DNA of 64,000 bases from an uncultured Methanosarcinales archaeon. Lineage in GTDB: Archaea > Nanobdellota > Nanobdellia > Woesearchaeales > GW2011-AR9. How positions within the stretch are numbered: position 1 is the first letter of the stretch; each line of letters starts with the position of its first letter. Below the pieces are notes generated by a model, which was not told the DNA's origin, did not search any database, and worked only from the letters and a program-made list of their open reading frames with translations. Where the stretch lies: contig CAYFMJ010000003.1 in NCBI GenBank assembly GCA_964344235.1, forward strand, positions 31,508-95,507, read 5' to 3'. Of the stretch, positions 49,267 through 58,779 are shown piece after piece. The translations under genes were made by a program, and so were the position numbers.

Positions 49267-50660
49267 TAGATTGTCCCCTCAATCTCTAACTCAATTAATT
49301 TGTTTAATTCTAATGCGTATTCTAACGGTAATTCTTTAACAATCGGCTCAATAAACCCAGAAACGATCATCTTCATCGCATCTTCTTCTGATAAACCACG
49401 GGAACGAAGGTAAAAAATAGATTCCTCACTAATCTTCCCTACTTTCGCTTCGTGTGCAGCATCCACATCATTATTTGCGACATCTAGTTGCGGAATAGTG
49501 TTGGAAACTGATTTCTCGTCTAGAATTAAACCGTCACAGACAACACTAGTGGTAGCGCCTTTGGCATTAGGCATGATTTTAACCAAACCGCGATAGGTAG
49601 AGATACCCCCATCTTTGCTAATACTCTTAGAGTGGATTGTGCTGCTCGTATTTGGAGCGGTGTGAATTGCTTTCCCTCCGACATCTTGATGTTGTCCAGC
49701 TCCAGCGAAGGCAATGCCAATGTTATCTGTTTTCGCTCCCTCTCCTCGTAAAATGGAACAGGGATAAAGCATGGTTTTAGAAGAGCCCATATTCCCAGAA
49801 ACCCAAATCATCGTTGCGTCTTTATCTACTAAGGCTCGTTTTGTATTAAGATTGTACACATTCCGGCTCCAGTTTTCGATAGAAGTGTACCGCATCGTCG
49901 CTCCAGGTTTAACAAAGATTTCCACACAGCCTGCATGTAAGGAAGATTGCTGGTAGCGCGGAGAGGAGCAGCCTTCAATATAATGTAACTCAGCTCCTTC
50001 ATCAACAATAATTAATGTATGTTCAAACTGTCCACCCTGTTGTGCATTCATTCGGAAGTATGCCTGTAATGGTAAATCGACTTTCACATTTTTAGGAACA
50101 TAAATAAACGTGCCACCACTCCACACAGCACCGTGTAACATAATGAATTTGTGGTCATTAATAGGGATACAAGAGGTCATGAAATGCTTTTTAATTAACT
50201 CAGGATATTTCTGTACAGCAACGTCCATATTTTCAAAGATAACACCTTTCTCCTCTAGATCTTTCTTGATGTTATGATAGACTACTTCTGAATCGTATTG
50301 CCCACCAACTCCTGCAAGTGACTTCTTTTCTGCTTCAGGAATACCCAGTTTGTCAAATGTTCTTCGGATCTCTTCAGGAACTTCTTCCCACGTTTTAACT
50401 TCTTTAGCATTTGGTTGGATAAAGTAGACAATATTATTGAGATCAAGATCTTTCAAGCTAGGTCCCCAATTGGGAAGGGGGGTTTGCTGGAAGAGTTGCA
50501 GTGATTGTAATCGTTTGTCAAGCATCCACCGAGGTTCGTTTTTGGAAGCAGAAATATGGCGAACGACTTCTTCATTAATACCTGGTTTCGCAGTAAACTT
50601 CGCTTGATGATCATCGGCTTTATCGTACAAGTCTCGGTTAATTTCAATTGTTTGAGTCAT
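49266..50660 (-). CDS. sufB: Fe-S assembly scaffold SufB
   Basis: QYDSEVVYH, AVWSGGTF, QFEHTLI, YIEGCS, AAHEAKVG, FYLRSRGL. Confidence 0.95.
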   Translation of the reverse strand: MTQTIEINRDLYDKADDHQAKFTAKPGINEEVVRHISASKNEPRWMLDKRLQSLQLFQQTPLPNWGPSLKDLDLNNIVYFIQPNAKEVKTWEEVPEEIRRTFDKLGIPEAEKKSLAGVGGQYDSEVVYHNIKKDLEEKGVIFENMDVAVQKYPELIKKHFMTSCIPINDHKFIMLHGAVWSGGTFIYVPKNVKVDLPLQAYFRMNAQQGGQFEHTLIIVDEGAELHYIEGCSSPRYQQSSLHAGCVEIFVKPGATMRYTSIENWSRNVYNLNTKRALVDKDATMIWVSGNMGSSKTMLYPCSILRGEGAKTDNIGIAFAGAGQHQDVGGKAIHTAPNTSSTIHSKSISKDGGISTYRGLVKIMPNAKGATTSVVCDGLILDEKSVSNTIPQLDVANNDVDAAHEAKVGKISEESIFYLRSRGLSEEDAMKMIVSGFIEPIVKELPLEYALELNKLIELEIEGTI

Positions 50661-51034
50661 TGGATATGGCACCCCACAAGATGCGGTTGGCAATTGGAGG
50701 GAAGATCTCCTAATTGGTGGTGGATTTGGCAGAGTACTTTGGTTCTTCTAATGGAACGGAGAAGTGATTGGACTTGTGTAAAATAAGAAACAGTGTCAGT
50801 AATTTTTGTCGCCGCCTGTTTGATTTCAGAGATAGTTTCTTCAGGAAATTCTATCTTATGACCTCGTTTGGTACTTCGGTATTGGCTAATCGTAGCAGAG
50901 TTGATTCCCAGGAGCTGAGCAACGTCTTTTTGCTTTATTCCCTGTTCCAGTAGCGCGACAGCTAAGTGTCTCCGAATGGTCGGAATGATGTAAAATGTTT
51001 CAATTTCCTGTGGATGAAGCAGTGCTTTTGCCAT
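50657..51034 (-). CDS. HTH transcriptional regulator leading the suf operon
   Basis: PQEIE..IPTIRR.LA..GIKQKDVAQLLGI..ATISQY, C-terminal C..H and Cys residues; ATGA overlap with sufB. Confidence 0.8.
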   Translation of the reverse strand: MAKALLHPQEIETFYIIPTIRRHLAVALLEQGIKQKDVAQLLGINSATISQYRSTKRGHKIEFPEETISEIKQAATKITDTVSYFTQVQSLLRSIRRTKVLCQIHHQLGDLPSNCQPHLVGCHIQ

Positions 51035-51065
51035 TTTGCTCTTTATAGAGAGATTCTTTAAAAAG

Positions 51066-51079
51066 TTAACTATAGTTAA
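51066..51079. promoter_or_regulatory. Perfect 14-bp palindrome TTAACTATAGTTAA, candidate suf operator
   Basis: 32 nt upstream of the regulator ATG, next to a TATA-like TTTTAA. Confidence 0.5.
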
Positions 51080-51142
51080 TAGAATTTATCTGATTGTAGA
51101 AAGCTTTAAATTAATGTTCCCTTTGATATTTCCTACCAAGCC

Positions 51143-52318
51143 ATGGCAACAGCAATGAAAGATAGTAAAGAGCGGAAAGTCTTCAAGATTCTAGACTATT
51201 GGAAGAAAGTTATGGAAGTGATGCCGCCGGAAAAAATTGTGGATAAGAATAGTGATTTGTTCCCTTTGTTTGATTATTTGTATACAGAAACGAGACAGCT
51301 GTATACAAAGATGCCGGATCGAAAGAATGGAGACGATCCTTTCCTTCATCCACTAAATATTGTGTTAGCTTTGAAAGATTCTGATATTGATGACGGAGTC
51401 ACTTTATGTGCTGGTTTAGTCCACGACTATGTTGAAGAGAAAGTTGATTTGTATAAAAAGAAGCATAGAGTTGAAGAAAATCGTAGGGGAATTGCGATTC
51501 TTGATGAGTATGAAGAGGATGTGTTTGAGGAAGTGACAAGAGCAATGCATATTTTTGCCAAAGAAAATGCGATTCCGGTAAAAGTTGTGGATGAAATTTT
51601 GTTGATTATGAAACTGTTAACGCGACATAAGCGAGATTTTTATTACCGTTCAATTCGAACGATTTTTCTGTGTGAGGATGAAGAGATTAAAGAGAAAGCG
51701 TTATTGATTAAGTTAGCAGACAGGATGCATAATATTGTCACGATTGAGTGTTTCAATGAGCAAGAGCAGATTTATCAATGTTTCAAAAATCTGTTTATTC
51801 TGAATAATGTTAAGAAATATATTATTGAAAAGTATGGGGAAGATGTTTTTACACAAGAAGAGAAGCCGCCAATTGAGTTATTGTTTAAAGGATGTGCAAA
51901 AGCAACCTATGAAGCGTTCTTTAAAATATGTAAATTAGCACGGCAGAAAGGAATTGAGGAAGTGGTTTCAGTATTGCAATTAGCGTTTAAGAAGTTTGAG
52001 TTAGAGGAAGCTGGAACGAGGGAAGTTACTGCACCTACGAAGAAAGATATTCACCCCATCCGGCTGTATAAAGGGATTATTCATAAGTATGATTACCGTT
52101 TACACCATAAGTGGCAACATTTTGAGAAGTTAAAAGAGAGTGAGTGTGAGTATTCTAAGAAATTTTTTGTGGATTTTAATTTTAGTGACAAACAAATTCA
52201 GGCAATTATTGACTATAAAGATTCTTATGCGATGAAAGAAGTGATTGCGTATTTAATTTACATTCAAGATTATTTCATTGCTGGATTTGAGTATACGAAT
52301 TTCTTTAAGGAGATTTAA
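51143..52318 (+). CDS. HD-domain protein of RelA/SpoT-hydrolase (Mesh1-like) type with long C-terminal extension
   Basis: RKNGDDPFLHP, AGLVHDYVEE, IKLADRMHN. Confidence 0.75.
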   Translation: MATAMKDSKERKVFKILDYWKKVMEVMPPEKIVDKNSDLFPLFDYLYTETRQLYTKMPDRKNGDDPFLHPLNIVLALKDSDIDDGVTLCAGLVHDYVEEKVDLYKKKHRVEENRRGIAILDEYEEDVFEEVTRAMHIFAKENAIPVKVVDEILLIMKLLTRHKRDFYYRSIRTIFLCEDEEIKEKALLIKLADRMHNIVTIECFNEQEQIYQCFKNLFILNNVKKYIIEKYGEDVFTQEEKPPIELLFKGCAKATYEAFFKICKLARQKGIEEVVSVLQLAFKKFELEEAGTREVTAPTKKDIHPIRLYKGIIHKYDYRLHHKWQHFEKLKESECEYSKKFFVDFNFSDKQIQAIIDYKDSYAMKEVIAYLIYIQDYFIAGFEYTNFFKEI

Positions 52319-52869
52319 TGATGGAGTGTCATGCAGGGACGGTAGAAGAGTGGCAGGCTTGGTTTGAAAAATGTGGAGATTCTGAGAAGAAGGTTACATT
52401 AATTATTTGGAAAAAACATACGGGAAGGCCATCGATGTCGTACCAGGATTCAATGGACGTTGCTATCTGTTATGGATGGATTGATACAACTGTAAGAAGA
52501 ATTGATGAGGAGCGATATTCGCGAACGTTTGTTCGGCGAGGAAAGAATAGCCGATGGAGCAAAAACACGTTAAGTTATGGGAAAAGGTTACTGGAAACTG
52601 GAAGGATGAATGCGTACGGCAAACAGATGTATGAGGAGGGGTTGTTAAAACCGACGATTGATCATGATTTGCCGAAGAACCCTGACGTGCCAGAAGTGTT
52701 GAAGAAAGCGTTGGTTCAAGAGGGGTTATTAGAGAAGTTTATGGTGTTGGCGCCATCTTATCGACGATATGTTATTTATTGGGTTGTACGGGCTGTTAGG
52801 ACAGAGACGAAGGAAAGAAGAGTTGGAGTAGTTATAGAAAAATTAAAGAAGGGAGAGAAAGTGTTTTAG
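52318..52869 (+). CDS. YdeI/OmdA-family protein
   Basis: AICYGWID...F..R...SRWS..; LAPSYRR..I.W...A...ET..RR. Confidence 0.88.
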   Translation: MMECHAGTVEEWQAWFEKCGDSEKKVTLIIWKKHTGRPSMSYQDSMDVAICYGWIDTTVRRIDEERYSRTFVRRGKNSRWSKNTLSYGKRLLETGRMNAYGKQMYEEGLLKPTIDHDLPKNPDVPEVLKKALVQEGLLEKFMVLAPSYRRYVIYWVVRAVRTETKERRVGVVIEKLKKGEKVF

Positions 52870-53480
52870 CAATTGATAGGTCCAATCTCTAATCTTCCAT
52901 CGCGGATTCTTTCTAATACCTCAGCCATGATTTGATATTCTTCTGCTAAGACTATTTTTTGGAGCGCTTTTGCGTTTTCTTCAGTGGGGTTGCCAATTAA
53001 GTCTTTTGGAATGGGGATAGCGACTTGTCGTAAAATTCTTCCTTCATCATAATTAGCATTCATTAAATGCACAGTTGGTCCTGTATGTGTATCCCCCGCA
53101 TCTAATATTGCTAAATGTGTTGCTAAACCGTACATGCCTTTTCCTCCATGTTTAGGCAGAAGAGTGGGGTGGATGTTAATGACTCTGTCTTGATAGGCAG
53201 CTAGTAAAGGACCTTCGACTCTTTTAATGTATCCTAATCCTAACACGAGGTCAACTTCATGGGCTGCTAGTAATTCTAGTTGTCTCCCAACTCTTGGTGC
53301 ATGAGATGCTGGAATGCCTAATCGTTCAGCTCGCTCGTAAATTCCTGCTTGGCGTTTATTGCAGAGGATAGCAGCCGATTGGAATCCCGGGAGGCGACCA
53401 TCGGCTATCTTTTTGTGTAGTTCTTCAACACTGGAGCCGCTGCCAGAAGCGAGGTAGCCTAATCGTATGTCTCGGTGCAT
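52866..53480 (-). CDS. purN: Phosphoribosylglycinamide formyltransferase
   Basis: LASGSGSS, INIHPTLLPKHGGKGMYG, TGPTVH..YDEG.IL.Q. Confidence 0.92.
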   Translation of the reverse strand: MHRDIRLGYLASGSGSSVEELHKKIADGRLPGFQSAAILCNKRQAGIYERAERLGIPASHAPRVGRQLELLAAHEVDLVLGLGYIKRVEGPLLAAYQDRVINIHPTLLPKHGGKGMYGLATHLAILDAGDTHTGPTVHLMNANYDEGRILRQVAIPIPKDLIGNPTEENAKALQKIVLAEEYQIMAEVLERIRDGRLEIGPINC

Positions 53481-53485
53481 ATTTA

Positions 53486-54289
53486 TTATTCTCCAAATAT
53501 TTTTTGATAATTTTGCCAAATCGCATCTGCGACTTCTTGTTCCGACAGAGATTTGATCTCAGCAATCTTTTTTATTGATTCTATCACAAATGCAGGTTCG
53601 TTCGGTTTGTCTTTGAATGGACTTAACCAGGGAGCGTCTGTTTCTGTGAGTAATTGTGTTAATGGTGCTTTCTTTACAAGCGTTTGAAAATTAGATGCTT
53701 TAGTAATGATTGGAGGAATGGAGAAGTAATGACCTAATTCAATTGCTTTCGTCATTAATGATTTCCTGCCAGAGAAACAATGTTGAATCACAGGTATTTC
53801 ATTGTGTTTGATTTCTTGTTCTAATATTTCTAAACACTCTTCTTCTGCTTTCCTGGAATGGATAATGATTGGTTTTTGTAGTTTAATAGCGAACTGAATA
53901 ATTTTTCTGAAATTAGCTGTTTGTTCTTCATATGTTTCTTCTTTGGTAACCCAATAAAAGTCCATGCCAACTTCGCCAATTGCAATGATGTTGTCTTTGT
54001 GTTTTTCTATAAATTGGAACTCTTTATCTAAATCAATTTTCCCTTCGTGATGTGGTAACCCGGTAGCGTCAGGTTGTTTGCCTAGTGCGTCAATGGGATA
54101 AATGCCAAGAGAGGCTTTGATTAATGGATGTTTCTTTGATAGTTCGAGAACTTCTTTGTTGTTTTCTGGATTAACGCCAGAAAGAAGAATTGCTTTCACG
54201 CCTGCTTTCTCTGCTCGTTTGAGAACTTCGTTTAGTTGCGGTTTCAATTGTTCGTGGTTAATGTGGCAATGTACGTCTACGAGTTTCAT
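53486..54289 (-). CDS. tatD: TatD-family nuclease
   Basis: DVHCH, AIGEVGMD, IIHSR, HCFSG, ETDAP. Confidence 0.94.
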   Translation of the reverse strand: MKLVDVHCHINHEQLKPQLNEVLKRAEKAGVKAILLSGVNPENNKEVLELSKKHPLIKASLGIYPIDALGKQPDATGLPHHEGKIDLDKEFQFIEKHKDNIIAIGEVGMDFYWVTKEETYEEQTANFRKIIQFAIKLQKPIIIHSRKAEEECLEILEQEIKHNEIPVIQHCFSGRKSLMTKAIELGHYFSIPPIITKASNFQTLVKKAPLTQLLTETDAPWLSPFKDKPNEPAFVIESIKKIAEIKSLSEQEVADAIWQNYQKIFGE

Positions 54290-54324
54290 AGAGAAGAGTT
54301 TTATGTTGACTGATTTAAATGTTT

Positions 54325-55242
54325 TTATAACCCTGCTCTATGTGCTTGATATACCAATTCTCCGAGAGCATCGCCGGCACTTTGTGCTGTCTGAATCCTG
54401 CAAGGTGGGTTTGGGTGAAGAAGCGCTAGAAGTGTTTTATGAGTAAGGGCTGTTACTTCACTATCACAAAATTGTATCTCCTTAACTTTCTTCTCTGGTT
54501 TTTTCTTTCTTTTGATAAGGCGACGGATTCCACCACTAGAAAGTGTTCCAGTAGGGAATGCTTCCAAGCCAGTAATCATATGGTATACCAAACAGCCGAG
54601 GCTATATACATCAAAACGAGGATCAGAAGGAGCTCCCTCAATAGCTTCTGGAGCTCTTGCGGAAATTGTTGTGTATACTTCATATTCTATCTGGCCGATC
54701 TCTCCGAGGCTATCTAAATCAATAACAACAACCCTTTGATCTAACTCCGTTCCATTAAAATGAGGAACAACTGGATCCTCTACCAAAGCATTATCAGGTT
54801 TAACATCTCCATGAATAAGGCCGGTATTATGGACTTCCTGCAAAGTATACGCTAATTTCCGGGCGTAGCGAAAGCTTCTGAAAAGAGGTAGGTGAGTTCT
54901 CAGTGATCTAAGGCTTCTTCCTGTAATAAATGGCGCAACAAGTAACCGAGAATTATGATTAACATGTGTAGGAACACGGACATTTTCTACTTCTCTAAGA
55001 CGTTCACAATAGCTATCGATACGAAGAAGGACACTTGAAACGCCGTCAAGTGGATTCATTCTCCGAACACAAGCAATTTTAGGGAACACATCGGTTGGTC
55101 TCCCTTCTATAAGGCGGGCTTTATACGCAGTAGCGATCCCTCCCTCGCCAACTTTCTCAATTTCTTCATATGTATGGCCAGGAAATTCAAACCGTTGTAA
55201 TGTCGGATACGGGTAGAAAAATCTTCGTGGTTCTGTTGTCAT
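54325..55242 (-). CDS. Hanks-type Ser/Thr protein kinase
   Basis: GEGGIATAY, IHGDVKPDN, IDLD in place of DFG, APE, DVYSLG, R in subdomain XI. Confidence 0.85.
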   Translation of the reverse strand: MTTEPRRFFYPYPTLQRFEFPGHTYEEIEKVGEGGIATAYKARLIEGRPTDVFPKIACVRRMNPLDGVSSVLLRIDSYCERLREVENVRVPTHVNHNSRLLVAPFITGRSLRSLRTHLPLFRSFRYARKLAYTLQEVHNTGLIHGDVKPDNALVEDPVVPHFNGTELDQRVVVIDLDSLGEIGQIEYEVYTTISARAPEAIEGAPSDPRFDVYSLGCLVYHMITGLEAFPTGTLSSGGIRRLIKRKKKPEKKVKEIQFCDSEVTALTHKTLLALLHPNPPCRIQTAQSAGDALGELVYQAHRAGL

Positions 55243-55251
55243 TGTGGAGAA

Positions 55252-55682
55252 TTAGTGTTTTGCGTCCGCTAAGTTATATTCTACCGCAGTTGCAGGTTCT
55301 GGAGTTTCTGGTTGACTTGGGAAATATGATGCTAATAAGCCTGCAACAGTTACTCCTACTGCGAAAATTCCAACTGCAATAGCAGCTCGCCAAGAAGAAC
55401 CTTGTTTTCGTTTATGGAATCTTGGAATTCTTCGAGTAGGACGTTCTTGCACTGAATATTTTCTAACTTTAATCTCAATTGATGGCCGAGCTGGTTTCGG
55501 TGATCCTACTTCGTACAATGGTTCTGGAACAAAATTATCATCAATAGTCCTGTTGGGGTGTAAGAGGTTTCGTATAGCACGTGATCCCGCATTCGTCGTG
55601 TAGGGATTATAGAAATACCACGATATTGTTGCCGCTCGAATGCTCTGTCGATTCTCTTTGAAAGTTCTGGGCTAACGGTCAT
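55252..55682 (-). pseudogene. ~143-aa C-terminally anchored membrane protein split by a 1-nt deletion near 55620
   Basis: ATG 55682 frame (MTVSPELSKR..) joins the frame of ORF 55252-55518 (..WYFYNPY..) if 1 nt is added. Confidence 0.5.
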
Positions 55683-55859
55683 CTGAGGAGAGAATAGAAT
55701 CGAGTTTATAATTGTTACGTAAGAGTTGTGAAAAATTAGCAGAATATTTAAAAGAGAAAGCGGTTTTTAGAGTAATTATGTCCTCAGTGAGAAAATCTGG
55801 AAGTTAAGTATTTCTTTAGTAGTAGATTGAGGTTTGGTTTTTAGTTTGTTTATGAGATA

Positions 55860-57212
55860 ATGGAAATTACAACAACACATGGAGAAGGGTCACATCTTAC
55901 AGTTGATTTATTTGGCTGTAACGTTGAGGTACTGGGAAGTATCGAGAAAATTACTACGGTATTAACAACCCTTCCAGATGATATTAACATGACCCCTATT
56001 TCGGGGCCATTGGTTAAGTACCATCAAGCAGAGAATGAGATGGATTCTGGTGTCACGGGAGTTATTATTATTGCAGAGAGTCACATTAGTATCCACACAT
56101 ATCCGAAAAGGAAATTTGCATCGGTTGATATCTTTTCATGTAAAGAGTTTAATGTCAATAGAGCGGTTGAATTTCTGAAACAAGTTTTTTCACCAGAGAG
56201 AGTTGAGAGAAATGTGTTGCATCGAGGGTTTAAAGAGAATTTACACACAGAGAGATTTTGTGAGGAAGTAAAGGGAATAGAGATTTCAGAGGATCTTACG
56301 ATCAGTCAATTTCTTAATAGTGCGAAGCAAATAGGTTTTCAAGCAGCACACTTAGGACAAGCCGTTGATGTGTTACGGAAGATGAAGCAAGATAATGCAA
56401 CGATTTTTTTGTCATTCACTTCTAACATGGTCTCGTCTGGTTTAAGAGAAGTGTTTGCACAGATTGTGAAGGAAAAGTTGGTTGATGTTATTATCACTGG
56501 TGTGGGTTCGATTGAAGAAGATGTGATGAAAAGTTCGAAACCGTTTTTATTAGGACAATTTGCAGCAGATGATGTTGAATTACATAAGAAGGGGATAAAC
56601 AGAATTGGAAATATTTACGTTCCTGATGATAGGTATGAGGGCTTAGAGGATTTTTTGGTGCCAATCTTTACAGAGGCATTTGAAGAACAACAGAAAACAA
56701 GGAAGATGTTAACCCCCGCGGCACTGATTCGAAAGATCGGAGAGAAGATTGAAGATACAAATTCATTTTTGTATTGGAGTGTGAAGAATAATATCCCCAT
56801 TTATTGTCCTGCAATTACTGACGGTGCATTAGGACTACAATTATTTTTCTTCAAGCAGAAACATGATACGTTTGGTATTGACACGACGGGAGATATGAAA
56901 GAACTTGCTGGCTATGTTTTACAGGCAGAGAAAACAGCAGGCATTATTTTAGGAGGAGGGTTTGCGAAACATCATTTAATTGGAATTAACATTTTGCGAG
57001 AGGGGTTGGATTACGCGATCTACGTAACAACAGCACGCGAAGGAGATGGATCACTCTCTGGTGCAAGGCCAAAGGAAGCGAAGTCATGGAGTAAGTTGAA
57101 AGAGGAAGCAAATAATGTGTGTATTGAATCTGATGCAACAATTGTTTTTCCATTATTAGCGGTAGCAATGAAACGAGAGTTAGGAGGGCGCGAGAATGTT
57201 CGATTGGATTAG
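55860..57212 (+). CDS. Pyruvoyl decarboxylase (SpeD/ArgDC-like) fused to deoxyhypusine synthase
   Basis: GSHLTVD, GVTG..IAE^SHISIHTYP, VDIFSC; then GFQA..LG, FTSNMVSSGLRE, GINRIGN, CPAITDG, GGGFAKHH, DGSLSGA, EAKSWSK. Confidence 0.93.
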   Translation: MEITTTHGEGSHLTVDLFGCNVEVLGSIEKITTVLTTLPDDINMTPISGPLVKYHQAENEMDSGVTGVIIIAESHISIHTYPKRKFASVDIFSCKEFNVNRAVEFLKQVFSPERVERNVLHRGFKENLHTERFCEEVKGIEISEDLTISQFLNSAKQIGFQAAHLGQAVDVLRKMKQDNATIFLSFTSNMVSSGLREVFAQIVKEKLVDVIITGVGSIEEDVMKSSKPFLLGQFAADDVELHKKGINRIGNIYVPDDRYEGLEDFLVPIFTEAFEEQQKTRKMLTPAALIRKIGEKIEDTNSFLYWSVKNNIPIYCPAITDGALGLQLFFFKQKHDTFGIDTTGDMKELAGYVLQAEKTAGIILGGGFAKHHLIGINILREGLDYAIYVTTAREGDGSLSGARPKEAKSWSKLKEEANNVCIESDATIVFPLLAVAMKRELGGRENVRLD

Positions 57213-57747
57213 TGTTACTTTGTTATTTGCGTTGAGTTTTGTTGCAGGATTAGTGGTTAAGTACGCAGATTTTTTAGAGGATACGGTTAAAAAGAGGGGC
57301 GTAGTGCCGTATGTTGTCGGTGCTCTTTATGGTGGTTTATTGTTTTTTGTGATGTTTTTATTTCCAGAGATTACAAGTTTATGGGTGGGGATCGTTATTG
57401 GATTATTAGTTATTGGAAAGATAGATGCGCCTGCGCATTATGTTGGCGTTGGAGTGTTCTTCTTGTTGTTGGTAATGTTTGGTGTGCAAGATGTTATTGT
57501 GTGGTTATTGTTAACGGTGATTTTAGTTACGGTGTTTGAGGAGCTGTTAAATGATTATAGTGATAGAAAAGGAGTAAAAAACAAAACGCTACAGAAAATT
57601 ATTTCATGGAGACCGTTGTTAGAGGTAACATTGTTTATTATTGCAGTTACTACGGGAATGTGGCGGCCATGGTTAGCGTTATTAGGGTTTGATATTGGAT
57701 ATATATTGGTAAGTAAATATGAGAAGAGGATGGAGGTTGTGGAATGA
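57196..57747 (+). CDS. Multi-pass membrane protein inside the polyamine operon
   Basis: About 5-6 TM segments, K.AD, GKID..H motifs; overlaps both neighbours. Confidence 0.75.
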   Translation: MFDWISVTLLFALSFVAGLVVKYADFLEDTVKKRGVVPYVVGALYGGLLFFVMFLFPEITSLWVGIVIGLLVIGKIDAPAHYVGVGVFFLLLVMFGVQDVIVWLLLTVILVTVFEELLNDYSDRKGVKNKTLQKIISWRPLLEVTLFIIAVTTGMWRPWLALLGFDIGYILVSKYEKRMEVVE

Positions 57748-58589
57748 ACTTTATGAACTTACCAGAGAAATATGCACAGGGGGAATTTGTAATTCTTCCT
57801 ATTTCATATGAGAAGCATGTTACGTATGGTGGTGGAGCATCAAAAGGGCCAGCAGCAATTGTTGCAGCGAGTAAACATTTAGAATATTATGATGATCAAT
57901 TTGATTGCGAACCGTTTGAGAAAGGGATTAGGTTATTAGACGAATTGAAACTCAATGAAAAAACACCGGAAGAGATGGTTGATGTTGTTTCTAAAGAAGT
58001 GAGTAAGCATAAAGAAAAGTTTGTTATTGGATTGGGAGGGGATCATGCTGTAACAATTGGTGTTGTGAGAGGTTTAGAACAATCACATGAAGTGTTTTCA
58101 GTCGTTCAATTTGATGCGCATGCTGACTTTCGTAATAGTTGGAATGGTTCTGCACTAAATCACGCATGTATTGCACGGCAAATTAGCAAGAAGCATGAGT
58201 TGTTACAAATTGGAATCAGAAGTATGGATGTTGACGAGAAAGAATTGTTAGAAGGAGCAGAAAATGTTCATGTCATTAAAGCATATGATTTTTCATTAGA
58301 TAAAGTAAGAGAGTTATTGCCGAAACTAAAAGATAGAGTGTTTATTACAATTGATGTTGATGTGTTTGATCCAAGTTTTCTGAGAAATACAGGAACGCCC
58401 GAACCGGGTGGATTGCTGTGGAACGATGTTGTTAATTGTTTGAAATTAATTTTTGAGAATAAAACCGTGATTGGAGCAGACATAACAGAGTTTGCGCCAA
58501 AGGGAAATTATGATGCTGAAGCGTATGCGTTAGCGAAATTCGTGTATAAGATTATGGCGATGAAGGTTACTTATGAAACAAAAGTATAA
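57744..58589 (+). CDS. speB: Agmatinase
   Basis: GGDHAVT, FDAHAD, IDVDVFDP..TGTPEPGG. Confidence 0.93.
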   Translation: MNFMNLPEKYAQGEFVILPISYEKHVTYGGGASKGPAAIVAASKHLEYYDDQFDCEPFEKGIRLLDELKLNEKTPEEMVDVVSKEVSKHKEKFVIGLGGDHAVTIGVVRGLEQSHEVFSVVQFDAHADFRNSWNGSALNHACIARQISKKHELLQIGIRSMDVDEKELLEGAENVHVIKAYDFSLDKVRELLPKLKDRVFITIDVDVFDPSFLRNTGTPEPGGLLWNDVVNCLKLIFENKTVIGADITEFAPKGNYDAEAYALAKFVYKIMAMKVTYETKV

Positions 58590-58779
58590 AGTTGTGATTG
58601 GAATAAAGGAGGGAATGTTTTCGAAGTCTGTTGATGAACCAGTGTACTTTGATGATTTAGAGAAAGCAAAAGAGTATATTCGGAAAAAGAGGAAAGAGTT
58701 ACAAGAAAATTTATGGTTCTATAAAGTCTGGGAATTTGGTAAAGAAGATTATATTGATATGGGTTTAGTGGTTGAGTAG
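58573..58779 (+). CDS. Small hypothetical protein
   Basis: Overlaps the speB stop; host-like codons. Confidence 0.55.
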   Translation: MKQKYKVVIGIKEGMFSKSVDEPVYFDDLEKAKEYIRKKRKELQENLWFYKVWEFGKEDYIDMGLVVE

